Below, piece after piece: positions 30,192-39,769 of a stretch of DNA of 64,000 bases (positions are counted from its first letter, which is position 1; each line of letters starts with the position of its first letter). Below the pieces are notes generated by a model, which did no database searches, had not been told where the DNA came from, and was given only the letters and a program-made list of their open reading frames with translations. The position numbers and the translations under genes are program-made. This DNA comes from an uncultured Gemmatimonadales bacterium (GTDB lineage Bacteria; Gemmatimonadota; Gemmatimonadetes; Palauibacterales; Palauibacteraceae): positions 128,001-192,000 of the forward strand of contig CAWANJ010000003.1 in assembly GCA_963783385.1 (NCBI GenBank). The letters run 5' to 3'.

Positions 30192-31105
30192 GACCTGCTG
30201 GGGCGCCGGTTGGCACGGGCGCGGCGGTCGTCGGCACGTCCCCGGGCGAGCGCGGTCCGACCAGGGCCCCGCACCGCAGACCCGGCATGCCGTTCCTCGT
30301 CGAGCTGTTCGCCGCGTCCAACCTGGCGTTCCTGGCGCTCGACACGTGGCTCGCGCACGAGACGAACAGCTTCGTGCGTCGGGCCGAGTGGACGCCCGTC
30401 GTGTTCTCGGTGCTGGCCGCCGCCGCGCTCGGCGTCAACCTGGTGGCCGCGTGGCTGCGGCGCGGCGGCGCAGGTTTCGAGGAGGGAGCCGGGCGGACCC
30501 TGGGGTTGGCCGTGGGCTGGGGAGGGGTCCTGGTGGGGGCGGCCGGCCTGGTGCTCCACCTGGGGAGCCGTTTCTTCGAGGACCTGACCCTGCGCAGCCT
30601 CGTGTACTCGGCGCCATTCGTGGCACCGTTGGCGTTCACGGGACTCGGCTTCCTGGTCCTCCTTCCGCGCATGGTCGAGCCGCGCTCGCCGACATGGGCC
30701 CGGTGGGTTCTCTTCCTGGCGCTGGGTGGCTTCGCGGGGAACTTCGTCCTGTCGCTCACCGACCACGCGCAGAACGGATTCTTCTACCCGGCCGAGTGGC
30801 TGCCCGTGGGAGCGGCGGCTCTGGCCGTCGGCTACCTGGCGGCCCTGTTCGCGACCCGGCCCGGTCCGCGCTTCCGGTGGGCCGGCTACCTGGTCCTGCT
30901 CCTCGAGGCCCTGATCGGGGTCGTGGGGTTCGTCCTGCACGGACTCCCGGCCCTGCACGAGGCGGGAGAGCCGCTCCTCTACCGGCTCGTGTACGGCGCC
31001 CCCAGGTTCGCGCCTCTCTTGTTCACCGATCTCGCCGTGCTCGGCGCCCTCGGCCTCGCCGGGCTCAGCCCCGGCTCACCAGCACCACCCCCGCCAGCAG
31101 GATGA
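30188..31105 (+). CDS. Polytopic membrane protein with two internal repeats; probable partner of the octaheme cytochrome
   Basis: GTGA overlap with cytochrome stop (alternative ATG 30287); about 8 TM; repeated H..N.F...AEW.P and LVY.AP..APL motifs. Confidence 0.8.
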   Translation: MRPAGAPVGTGAAVVGTSPGERGPTRAPHRRPGMPFLVELFAASNLAFLALDTWLAHETNSFVRRAEWTPVVFSVLAAAALGVNLVAAWLRRGGAGFEEGAGRTLGLAVGWGGVLVGAAGLVLHLGSRFFEDLTLRSLVYSAPFVAPLAFTGLGFLVLLPRMVEPRSPTWARWVLFLALGGFAGNFVLSLTDHAQNGFFYPAEWLPVGAAALAVGYLAALFATRPGPRFRWAGYLVLLLEALIGVVGFVLHGLPALHEAGEPLLYRLVYGAPRFAPLLFTDLAVLGALGLAGLSPGSPAPPPPAG

Positions 31106-31943
31106 GGGTGGCGGTCAGGCGCCGCCGCGTCCCCTTCTCGCCGAAGAACAGGGCGCCCGCCACGACCGTGAGGAGTGTGCCGCTCCGCTTGAGGGCCAGC
31201 ACGTAGGCGGCGAGCGCCAGGCGAAGCGCCTCCATCTGGCACACGAACATCCCAGCGAACAGGAGCCCCTGGAGCGCGAGTCCCCCCGGCTCGCGGCGCA
31301 GAGTGGGGCCGAGCGGGGCCCGGACTCCGCCGCGGCCCCGCCGGAGGGCGAAGGGGACGAAGCCAACGGCGAGGCAGGCGGCGAGCGCCGCCCCGTAGAA
31401 GGCGGGCGAGCTACGCAGCACGGCCACCCGGTCGAAGGTGCCGGACACGGCCCACACGGCGGCCACGCAAAGCATGCGGCGGGCGCCGGGCTCGCGGGCC
31501 AGGGCCCGGAACGGAGCGAGGATCCCGGTCTCCGAGCCCGGCGACACCAGCAGGTAGACGCCGGCGGCGACGAGCAGGATGCCGGCGACGCCCTCCGCCC
31601 CCGGGTGCTCCGACAGGACCACCCACTCGACCGGGACCACGAACACCGGGGTCAGCGCGAGCAGCGGATAGGTGAGCCCCAGCTCCCCCGCCTCGAGGGC
31701 CGACACGTACAGGGTGAAGCCGATCAGGTCGAGGACGACGTTGACGCCCAGCACGGGCCAGAAGCCCGAGTCGACCCGCGGCACGCCCCGGACGAGCAGG
31801 TAGGCCAGGAGGAGCGGGAGGGCGAAGGCGAAGATGGCCCAGGTGGCCGGCCCCCGGCCGACCCGCCCGACGAGCCGTTTCGTCCAGGCGCCCTGCGCGG
31901 CGTAGAGGATCGCCGTGCCGGCGCCGAGGACGACCCAGGTCAG
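31065..31943 (-). CDS. EamA/DMT family transporter, probable CTG start
   Basis: YPLLALTPVF, LSEHP, ALKRSG, FFGEKG motifs; frame and first two TM helices extend to CTG 31943, which overlaps the upstream TGA. Confidence 0.85.
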   Translation of the reverse strand: MTWVVLGAGTAILYAAQGAWTKRLVGRVGRGPATWAIFAFALPLLLAYLLVRGVPRVDSGFWPVLGVNVVLDLIGFTLYVSALEAGELGLTYPLLALTPVFVVPVEWVVLSEHPGAEGVAGILLVAAGVYLLVSPGSETGILAPFRALAREPGARRMLCVAAVWAVSGTFDRVAVLRSSPAFYGAALAACLAVGFVPFALRRGRGGVRAPLGPTLRREPGGLALQGLLFAGMFVCQMEALRLALAAYVLALKRSGTLLTVVAGALFFGEKGTRRRLTATLILLAGVVLVSRG

Positions 31944-33148
31944 CGGTCCTTTCCGGAGTGGTCGTGCCCGCCCGCGGGCATGCTCTCCATCGCTCCCGGC
32001 TCGGGACCCGCCACCGGACCGGTCTCGCCCGCGTCGGCGTAGTGGCCGGAGAACATGTCAGCCGGCGCCGGACCGGCCTGCTCGGTCTCGTGGCTGCTCA
32101 TCATGCCGGCAATGGTGCGCATGGGCGCCGTGACCGTGTTCCACAGGTCCTGCCGGTAGGTGGGGTCGCTGCGGTCGACGGGCGGCGCCTCCGCTCCAGA
32201 CGCCGGAACGTACAGGCCCGCCACCAGGCCCATCCCCCCGAGCGGCGTGGCGTGGTCGAGCGGGTTGTCGTACGTGATCGTGACCCGGTAGACGTGGTCG
32301 TGCCGGATCGGGAGCCCGCCCTCGAGCCAGAAGTTGGCGGTCGGGACGCCGTACACGCGTCCGTCCGGACCCGCGTACGGACGATCGCTCCACAGGAGGT
32401 CGCCCGTGGTCACGTCCTCGAGCCGCACGCGGGTGGCGAAGTCGTGCATGTGCGTGCCCAGCCCGAGAATCCGGCCATCGACCGCCGGGCTGGCCTCCCA
32501 GGAGTGCTCGGAGCGCCCGGGCGGCACCGCGAAGTCCTTCACCCCGAGCGGCCCCATGACGTCCATGTACACCGGATAGGCGGACAGCGGGCGGATGAGG
32601 GGATCGTCCCGCGGCACGTACTCGAGCCGCACGTGCAGGTAGGCCCGGTCGAAGCTCTCCTTCGACGAGTTCGCGAACATGCTGGCCACCACGAAGCGCA
32701 TGTCCGGGTGTGTGGGGATGCCGATCACCGGGGGCAGGGAGGCGGCCCCGGTCTCCCGTCCCGCCGCCATGATGCGTCGCGCGATGGGTGTGAACAGTTG
32801 CCGGCGGTCGGGGTCGATGAGGTTCACGTGGTGCAGCAGCCGGTCGGGCAGGTGGGCTCCCGCCGAGTCGGTGATCTCCCAGGAGAAGCCGCGGATCCAG
32901 CCCACGTCGGGCACGTCCACCACCTGTGTGGGCACGCGGTAGTGATGCATGCCGGCGGGCAGCCGCACGGGCCCGACCACGACCTCGAGGACGTGGCGGT
33001 CGGCATGGTCCACGGCGTGGATGTACAGGTGTCCGGCGTGCGGGATGGGAGGGCGGTCCTGGGCCGCGAGCGCCCCGCGGGCGCCCGGCGCTGGAGCCGT
33101 CGAGAACAAGACGAGGGCCAGGGCGGCGACGCGATGCCGGAACCTCAT
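31940..33148 (-). CDS. Secreted protein resembling copper type II monooxygenase (PHM/DBM) fold
   Basis: Signal peptide; LLHHVNL, GTHMH, late GGMG; His/Met-rich termini. Confidence 0.6.
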   Translation of the reverse strand: MRFRHRVAALALVLFSTAPAPGARGALAAQDRPPIPHAGHLYIHAVDHADRHVLEVVVGPVRLPAGMHHYRVPTQVVDVPDVGWIRGFSWEITDSAGAHLPDRLLHHVNLIDPDRRQLFTPIARRIMAAGRETGAASLPPVIGIPTHPDMRFVVASMFANSSKESFDRAYLHVRLEYVPRDDPLIRPLSAYPVYMDVMGPLGVKDFAVPPGRSEHSWEASPAVDGRILGLGTHMHDFATRVRLEDVTTGDLLWSDRPYAGPDGRVYGVPTANFWLEGGLPIRHDHVYRVTITYDNPLDHATPLGGMGLVAGLYVPASGAEAPPVDRSDPTYRQDLWNTVTAPMRTIAGMMSSHETEQAGPAPADMFSGHYADAGETGPVAGPEPGAMESMPAGGHDHSGKDR

Positions 33149-33289
33149 GGTCGGATCTCCTCCGGCAGGATCCGTGCGCGCCGGAGCTGGGGGTCGATGC
33201 GGAGGCTGCGGGTCATGATGGATCCCCTCGCCGGAAGGGCCGATGCGCGCCGGAGAGGCGCGTCCATCCGACGCCGGGACGAGCGGCCG

Positions 33290-33538
33290 TCAGGCCGGTG
33301 CTGGCACGTCGAAGTGCTTGTAATTCTTGGCGATGAAGTCCTTCCACTGCTCCGGGACCTCATCGTCGGGGTAGATGGCCTCGACGGGGCACTCGGGCAC
33401 GCACGCTCCGCAGTCGATGCACTCCTCGGGGTGGATGTAGTACTGGTCCACCCCCTCGTAGATGCAGTCGACGGGGCAGACGTCCACGCACGAGGCGTCC
33501 TTGAGGCCGATGCAGGGCTGGGTGATGATGTACGTCAT
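33290..33538 (-). CDS. Dicluster ferredoxin (7Fe type)
   Basis: [18 protein letters not shown] and [16 protein letters not shown]. Confidence 0.95.
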   Translation of the reverse strand: MTYIITQPCIGLKDASCVDVCPVDCIYEGVDQYYIHPEECIDCGACVPECPVEAIYPDDEVPEQWKDFIAKNYKHFDVPAPA

Positions 33539-33867
33539 CGTCGTCCGTAGTCGTCAATGTGGGAGCCGGGGAGGGCGGACGATCCGGCCGCCCCGCGTCC
33601 CTGAAGTTCCGTCCGGACAATAAGACGCCGTGCGGGTCCCTGCAATCCGTCACGCTTCCCGCGAGCGACGCCAACGGCGAGGGACGCGCCAGCGGGCGGG
33701 CCGGGGGTCGCGCCGGTGCGATAGTTGCTCCAACGGGTGGCGCGCGCGGGGACGAATCGGTGGACGGGGGCGAAGACTCCGGGTATGTTTCCGGGCTCGG
33801 CGAACGGCCGATCCGCGCTCGCGAAACGACGAATTCGCGGCCGGTACGACACTGCAGACGGTACGAC

Positions 33868-34872
33868 ATGCGACGACTCACGGTACTGGATACGACGAAC
33901 GGCTCGCCGGCTGGCTCCGGCCGCTCCGGTGGCCATGCTCGAGGCGGCCCGAGCGTCCCGGAGGGGACCGGCCCGGCCCCCTCTCCGGATGAATGGCCGC
34001 GCCGCAAGCCCGACTGGATGCGGGTCCGGGCTCCGGGCGGCACCCATTACCGCCACCTCAAGGACATGATGCGCGGCATGGGCCTGCACTCGGTGTGCGA
34101 GGAGGCCCACTGTCCCAACATCGGCGAGTGCTGGGAGCAGGGAACCGCCACCTTCCTCATCCTCGGGGACGTGTGCACGCGCAACTGCCCGTACTGCGCG
34201 ATCGGACACGGCCGACCGGAGGAGCTGGACGAGGATGAGCCCCGGAGGGTGGCCGAGGCGGTGGAAGCCATGGACCTCCGCCACGTGGTGATCACCTCCG
34301 TGGACCGGGACGACCTGCCCAATGGCGGGGCGCGCATCTTCGCCGAGCTCATCCAGGAGATCCACAACCGCCTGCCCGGCTGCTCGGTCGAGGTGCTCAC
34401 GCCCGATTTCCGCGGCGACCCGGAGGCCATCCGGACCGTCATCGAGGCGAAGCCGGCCATCTTCAACCACAACATGGAGACGGTGCGCCGCCTCCACAGG
34501 ATGGCCCGGCCCGGCGGCCGGTACGAGCGGTCCCTCGGAGTGCTGTCGACGGCCCGGAGCCTGGACGACGACGTTCTCATCAAGACGGGCATCATGCTGG
34601 GGCTGGGCGAGCGCGAGGACGACATCGACGCGTTCATGGACGACGCGCTCGAGGCCGGCGTCCAGATCCTCACGCTGGGGCAGTACCTGCGGCCCTCGGA
34701 GGACCACATTCCGATCGACCGGTACGTCACGCCCGACGAATTCGATGCCTGGAAGCGGATCGGGGAGGAGAAGGGCTTCCTGCACGTGGAGAGCGGGCCA
34801 CTGGTGCGCTCCAGCTACCACGCACGCGAGCAGGTGGAGGATCTCCGGCTCAGGGCGACAGCGGCCGGCTGA
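33868..34872 (+). CDS. lipA: Lipoyl synthase
   Basis: CEEAHCPNIGEC, CTRNCPYC, VRSSYHA. Confidence 0.97.
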   Translation: MRRLTVLDTTNGSPAGSGRSGGHARGGPSVPEGTGPAPSPDEWPRRKPDWMRVRAPGGTHYRHLKDMMRGMGLHSVCEEAHCPNIGECWEQGTATFLILGDVCTRNCPYCAIGHGRPEELDEDEPRRVAEAVEAMDLRHVVITSVDRDDLPNGGARIFAELIQEIHNRLPGCSVEVLTPDFRGDPEAIRTVIEAKPAIFNHNMETVRRLHRMARPGGRYERSLGVLSTARSLDDDVLIKTGIMLGLGEREDDIDAFMDDALEAGVQILTLGQYLRPSEDHIPIDRYVTPDEFDAWKRIGEEKGFLHVESGPLVRSSYHAREQVEDLRLRATAAG

Positions 34873-34932
34873 GGACGAGGGCACGCGGCCGGCGGCGTTC
34901 GGCGGCGCGCTCCACGCGAAGCGAGAGGCGCG

Positions 34933-36000
34933 ATGGCGACGAAGAGCGAGACGAAGTCCGAGACCAGGAGCGACGAGGGGGAGGTAGATCTCCTCGGGCT
35001 GGACGAGGACGAGCTGCGGCGTATGCTCCGCCTCATGATGCTGGGCCGTCGCTTCGAGGAGAAGGCGGCCGAGGCCTATCAGACCGGCAAGATCGGTGGC
35101 TTCTGCCACCTGTACATGGGCCAGGAGGCGGTGGCCGCGGGCTGCATCACCCCCCTGCGCGACGACGACTACGTCATCACGGCCTACCGGGACCACGTCC
35201 AGGCCATCGTTCGCGGCGTGGACCCGAAGGCGGTCATGGCCGAGCTGTACGGCCGCGTGGACGGCTGCTCGGGCGGCATGGGCGGTTCGATGCACATGTT
35301 CGACCGAAGCCTCAACTTCATGGGCGGTCACGCGATCGTCGGTACGCACGTCCCGATCGCGGCCGGGGTGGGCTACGCGATCCGCTACCGGGAGGAGGAT
35401 GCGGTCTGCCTGTGCCTGTTCGGCGACTCGGTCGTCAACGGCGGGCCGTTCCACGAGGCGTTCAACATGGCGGCCAAGTTCGAGCTTCCGGTCGTATTCG
35501 TGTGCGAGAACAACTCCTATGGGATGGGCACCGACATTCACCGCGTGGCCGCGGTGGAGGAACTGGCGGACCGGGCCTGCGCGTACGAGAACATGGCCTC
35601 CGCCTCGGTGAACGGCATGGACGTGCTGGCCACGCGCCGAGCCGTCCAGGAGGCCGTCGACCGGGCGCGGGAGCGGCACCTGCCCAGCTTCATCGAAGCG
35701 CACTGCTACCGCTACATGGGCCACTCGATGGCCGACCCCTCGCACGGCACCTACCGGACCAAGGAGGAGGTCGAGCAGCACCGCCAGGACGACCCCATCC
35801 TCACGTACCGCAAGCGGCTCATCGGGGCCGGGGTCATCACGGAGGAGGACTACGACGCCATGGACCGGGAGGCGATCGACCGGGTGGAGAAGGCCGCCGA
35901 GTTCGCCGAGCAGAGCGAGCGGCCCGACTTCGCGTCGATCTACGAGCACGTGTACGCCGGCGACTTCCGCGGCATCGACCGGAGGGACGCATGGCGGTGA
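34933..36000 (+). CDS. pdhA: Pyruvate dehydrogenase E1 alpha
   Basis: GKIGGFCHLYMGQEA, GGSMHMF, RYMGHSMADP. Confidence 0.95.
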   Translation: MATKSETKSETRSDEGEVDLLGLDEDELRRMLRLMMLGRRFEEKAAEAYQTGKIGGFCHLYMGQEAVAAGCITPLRDDDYVITAYRDHVQAIVRGVDPKAVMAELYGRVDGCSGGMGGSMHMFDRSLNFMGGHAIVGTHVPIAAGVGYAIRYREEDAVCLCLFGDSVVNGGPFHEAFNMAAKFELPVVFVCENNSYGMGTDIHRVAAVEELADRACAYENMASASVNGMDVLATRRAVQEAVDRARERHLPSFIEAHCYRYMGHSMADPSHGTYRTKEEVEQHRQDDPILTYRKRLIGAGVITEEDYDAMDREAIDRVEKAAEFAEQSERPDFASIYEHVYAGDFRGIDRRDAWR

Positions 36001-36986
36001 TCACCTACCGTGAAGCGCTCAACCAGGCGCTACGCGAGGAGATGGAGCGCGACGCGTCCGTCTTCCTGATGGGTGAGGAGGTCGGGGAGTACAATGGGGC
36101 GTACAAGGTCTCCAAGGGGCTTCTCGACCACTTCGGCGGCAACGAGTGGCGAGTGCGCGACACGCCGATCGCGGAGAACGGCTTCGCGGCGATGGGCGTG
36201 GGGGCGGCCATGGCGGGGCTGCGTCCCGTCGTGGAGTTCATGACCTTCAACTTCTCCCTCCTCGCCTTCGACGCGGTCGTGGACTCGGCGGCCAAGATGT
36301 ACCAGATGTCGGGCGGCCAGTACAACGTGCCCATCGTGTTCCGCGGACCGGGCGGGGCGGCCCTCCAGCTGGCGGCCCAGCACTCCCAGGTCCCCGACGC
36401 GTGGTACAGCCACGTGCCGGGTCTCAAGGTGGTGGCCCCGGCCACGCCCAGAGACGCCAAGGGCCTCCTCAAGAGCGCCATCCGGGACGACGACCCTGTC
36501 CTCGTAATCGAGGGCGAGCTGCTCTACAACATGAAGGGCGAGGTCCCGGACGGAGAGTACCTGGTTCCGATCGGGGAGGCCGAAGTGAAGCGCCAGGGCT
36601 CCGACCTCACGATCGTGGCCCACTCGAAGATGGTCCACCAGGCGCTCCAGGCCGCCGACGCCCTGAAGGAGAAGCACGACCTCGACGCCGAGGTCGTCGA
36701 CCTCAGGTCCCTGCGTCCGCTCGACATCGAGACGGTGGTCGAGTCGGTGAAGAAGACCAACCGGGTCGTCGTCGTCGAGGAGGGCTGGCCGCAGGGCGGC
36801 ATCGGCGCCCAGGTGGCCGACGACGTGCAGCGCGAGGCGTTCGACTGGCTGGACGCGCCCGTGGCGCGTGTGTCCGGGCTCGACGTCCCCATGCCCTACG
36901 CCCGCAACCTGGAGAAGCAGGTCTTCCCGGACTCGAAGCACGTGGTCCGGGCGGCCGAGCACGTGTGCTACCTGGACGGGAACTGA
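35991..36986 (+). CDS. pdhB: Pyruvate dehydrogenase E1 beta
   Basis: MGEEVGEYNGAYKVSKGL, DTPIAE, EFMTFNF, AQHSQ. Confidence 0.95.
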   Translation: MAVITYREALNQALREEMERDASVFLMGEEVGEYNGAYKVSKGLLDHFGGNEWRVRDTPIAENGFAAMGVGAAMAGLRPVVEFMTFNFSLLAFDAVVDSAAKMYQMSGGQYNVPIVFRGPGGAALQLAAQHSQVPDAWYSHVPGLKVVAPATPRDAKGLLKSAIRDDDPVLVIEGELLYNMKGEVPDGEYLVPIGEAEVKRQGSDLTIVAHSKMVHQALQAADALKEKHDLDAEVVDLRSLRPLDIETVVESVKKTNRVVVVEEGWPQGGIGAQVADDVQREAFDWLDAPVARVSGLDVPMPYARNLEKQVFPDSKHVVRAAEHVCYLDGN

Positions 36987-36989
36987 CCG

Positions 36990-38327
36990 ATGGCGACCAA
37001 GGTCGTGATGGCCCAGCTCAGCCCCACGATGGAGGAGGGCCGGCTGGTGGAGTGGAAGGTGTCCGAGGGCGATGAGGTCGAGCAGGGCGACGTGGTCGCC
37101 GAGATCGAGACCGACAAGGCGAACATGGACGTCGAGGCGCTCGGCAGCGGCGTCCTGCGGACGATCGTGGTCCAGGAAGGCGAGACGGTTCCCGTCGGAG
37201 CCCTGATCGGCGTCATCGCCGCGGAGGACGAGGACATCGAGGATCTCCTCCAGGATGCGAAGGCCGAAGCGGCGGCCGCCGGGGAGGAAGGCGAGGAAGA
37301 GGCGGAAGAGGAAGCGGGCCGCGAGGGTGCGGTCGCCGAAGAGGAGCGCGCCGAGGAAGCGGTCCGTGAGCCGGCCCGCGCCGGCGCGGCGGCGGGCGGA
37401 GCGAGCGGAGCGGCCGGGGCCGCCGTCCCGACCGGCGGCGGCCGGCGCGACGGAGGGCGGCTGCGGGCCTCGCCGGTGGCCCGGCGCATGGCCGAGGACG
37501 AGGGGCTCGACCTGTCGCGGATCGAGGGCTCGGGTCCCGGCGGCCGCATCGTGAAGGCCGACGTCGAGGAAGCGCTCGAGAGCGGCGCGGCGATGCGGGG
37601 CGGCCGCGCGGCGGGCACCCCGGCCCGGCTCTCCGAGGAGACGGTCCAGCTCAGCCAGATGCGCAAGGCCATCGCGCGACGCCTGACCCAGTCGCTCGGG
37701 CCGGTGCCCCACTTCTTCCTGACCACCGAGATCGACATGGGCCGGGCCCTGGAGCTGCGGGCCGAGCTCAACGAGCAGATCGGTGGCGGGGAGGCGGACG
37801 CCCCGAAGGTCGGTGTCAACGACCTCCTGCTCAAGGCGGCGGCCGAGGCGCTGGTCCGCCATCCGGAGATCAACGCGAGCTGGGGCGAGGGCGAGATCCG
37901 CCGCCACGGCCGCGTGGACCTCGGGATCGCCGTGGCGCTCGACGACGGGCTCATCACGCCGGTTCTCCGGGACGCGGACCGCAAGGGCCTGGTCCGCATA
38001 GCCTCCGAGGCCACCGAGCTCATCGACCGGGCCCGCCGCCGGAAGCTCGACCCGGACGAATACCAGGGAGCGACCTTCAGCATCAGCAACCTGGGCATGT
38101 TCCCGATCGAGGAGTTCACGGCGATCATCAACCCGCCCGAGGCGGCCATCCTCGCGGTCGGCCGCACGGCCGAGAGGGCGGTCGTCGTGGACGGGGAGAT
38201 CGTGGTGCGCCGCCGCATGCGCGTCACCATGTCGTGCGACCACCGGGTCATCGACGGGGCCACGGGGGCCCGTTTTCTGGAGACGTTCAAGGGCATGCTC
38301 GAGAACCCACTGGCAATGTTGGCATGA
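36990..38327 (+). CDS. pdhC: Dihydrolipoamide acetyltransferase E2
   Basis: LSPTMEEG and ETDKA lipoyl domain; ASPVARR/GSGPGGRI binding domain; DHRVIDG. Confidence 0.95.
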   Translation: MATKVVMAQLSPTMEEGRLVEWKVSEGDEVEQGDVVAEIETDKANMDVEALGSGVLRTIVVQEGETVPVGALIGVIAAEDEDIEDLLQDAKAEAAAAGEEGEEEAEEEAGREGAVAEEERAEEAVREPARAGAAAGGASGAAGAAVPTGGGRRDGGRLRASPVARRMAEDEGLDLSRIEGSGPGGRIVKADVEEALESGAAMRGGRAAGTPARLSEETVQLSQMRKAIARRLTQSLGPVPHFFLTTEIDMGRALELRAELNEQIGGGEADAPKVGVNDLLLKAAAEALVRHPEINASWGEGEIRRHGRVDLGIAVALDDGLITPVLRDADRKGLVRIASEATELIDRARRRKLDPDEYQGATFSISNLGMFPIEEFTAIINPPEAAILAVGRTAERAVVVDGEIVVRRRMRVTMSCDHRVIDGATGARFLETFKGMLENPLAMLA

Positions 38328-38339
38328 GGCGAGGCATAC

Positions 38340-39752
38340 ATGGCTGATTCGTTCGACGTCGTCGTGATCGGGGCCGGGCCGGCCGGCTACGTGTGCGCCA
38401 TCCGGGCCGCGCAGCTCGGACTCAAAACGGCGTGCGTGGAGTCGAAGAGCTACGAGGGCGGGCTCGGGGGGACGTGCCTCAACTGGGGCTGCATCCCGGC
38501 CAAGGCCCTTCTCGAGAGCGCGGCCCTGGCCCACAAGCTCCAGAGCCAGGGAGCGGCGTTCGGCGTGAAGCCCATCCAGGTCGAATACGACATGGGCGCG
38601 GCGGTCGAGCGCAGCCGGACCATTAGCGAGAAGCTCGTCGGCGGGATCTCGTACCTGTTCAAGAAGAACGACATCGAGTCCGTGATCGGACGCGGCCGCA
38701 TCGCGGGGAAGGGCAAGGTCCACGTCGAAGTCGAGGACGGCGAGGACCGGGAGCTGGAGGCGAAGCACATCGTGATCGCCACCGGGTCGGTCATGAAGAC
38801 GTTTCCCGGCTTCGAGTTCGACCGGGAGAAGGTGATCGGCAGCCGCGAGGCCCTGGCCCTCTCCGAGCTGCCCTCGAAGATGGTGGTCGTGGGCGGCGGC
38901 TACGTCGGGGTCGAGTTCGCGGACGTGTTCGACGCGTTTGGGGTCGAGGTGACGCTGGTCGAGGCGCTGGACACGCTGCTGCCCGGCTTCGACCAGGAGC
39001 TCGGCAAGACGCTGGCCCGCTCCTACAAGAAGCGGGGCATCGACGTCCGCACGGGGACGAAGGTGAAGTCGCTGGACCGGGACGCCGATCCGATGGTGCT
39101 CACGATCGAGACGAAGAAGGGCGAGGAGACGATCGAGACCGGCCTCGTGCTGATGGCCGTCGGCCGCCGGCCCGTGCTGGAGGACATCGGCCTGGAGGCG
39201 GTCGGGGTCGAGACGACCGACGACGGTTTCATCCGGGTCGACGAGATGCTGCGCACCAGCGTGGAGGGCATCTACGCGATCGGCGACGTGGCGGGTCAGC
39301 CGATGCTGGCCCACAAGGGCTCGCACGAGGGGATCATCGTCGCCGAGCACATCGCCGGTCAGAGCCCGCACCCGCTGCGCCACGACAACATCCCGAGCAT
39401 CGGCTACTGCCACCCCGAGGTGGCCAGCATCGGACTCAGCGAGGAGCAGGCGGCCGAGAAGGGCTTCGACGTCAAGGTGGGCAAGTTCCCCCTCTCGGCC
39501 CACGGCCGGGCACTCACCGCCGGCGACAACGAGGGCTTCGTGAAGATGGTGATCGACACGAAGTACGGGGAGGTCCTCGGCGTCCACATGATCGGCCACA
39601 ACGTGAGCGAGCTGGCGGCGGAGGTGGGGATCGGGCGCATGCTCGAGGCCACGGCCGAGGAGTTCGCGGCGCATCCGCACGGGCATCCGACCATGTCGGA
39701 GGCCGTGATGGAGGCGGCCCTCGCGGCCATGGACCGCTCCATCCACATTTAG
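38340..39752 (+). CDS. lpdA: Dihydrolipoyl dehydrogenase E3
   Basis: GAGPAGY, GGTCLNWGCIP, HPTMSE. Confidence 0.96.
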   Translation: MADSFDVVVIGAGPAGYVCAIRAAQLGLKTACVESKSYEGGLGGTCLNWGCIPAKALLESAALAHKLQSQGAAFGVKPIQVEYDMGAAVERSRTISEKLVGGISYLFKKNDIESVIGRGRIAGKGKVHVEVEDGEDRELEAKHIVIATGSVMKTFPGFEFDREKVIGSREALALSELPSKMVVVGGGYVGVEFADVFDAFGVEVTLVEALDTLLPGFDQELGKTLARSYKKRGIDVRTGTKVKSLDRDADPMVLTIETKKGEETIETGLVLMAVGRRPVLEDIGLEAVGVETTDDGFIRVDEMLRTSVEGIYAIGDVAGQPMLAHKGSHEGIIVAEHIAGQSPHPLRHDNIPSIGYCHPEVASIGLSEEQAAEKGFDVKVGKFPLSAHGRALTAGDNEGFVKMVIDTKYGEVLGVHMIGHNVSELAAEVGIGRMLEATAEEFAAHPHGHPTMSEAVMEAALAAMDRSIHI

Positions 39753-39769
39753 CGTCGCCGGGAGACTCC

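Noticed and set aside
33535-35949. 804-aa minus-strand ORF
   Set aside because: Antisense shadow of lipA-pdhA
37260-37460. GAG/GAA/GCG-rich repeat-like tract
   Set aside because: Ordinary Ala/Glu-rich flexible linker of the E2 subunit
36030-39746. 1238-aa minus-strand ORF
   Set aside because: Antisense shadow of pdhB-pdhC-lpdA; stop codons are scarce in high-GC DNA and no protein motifs are present
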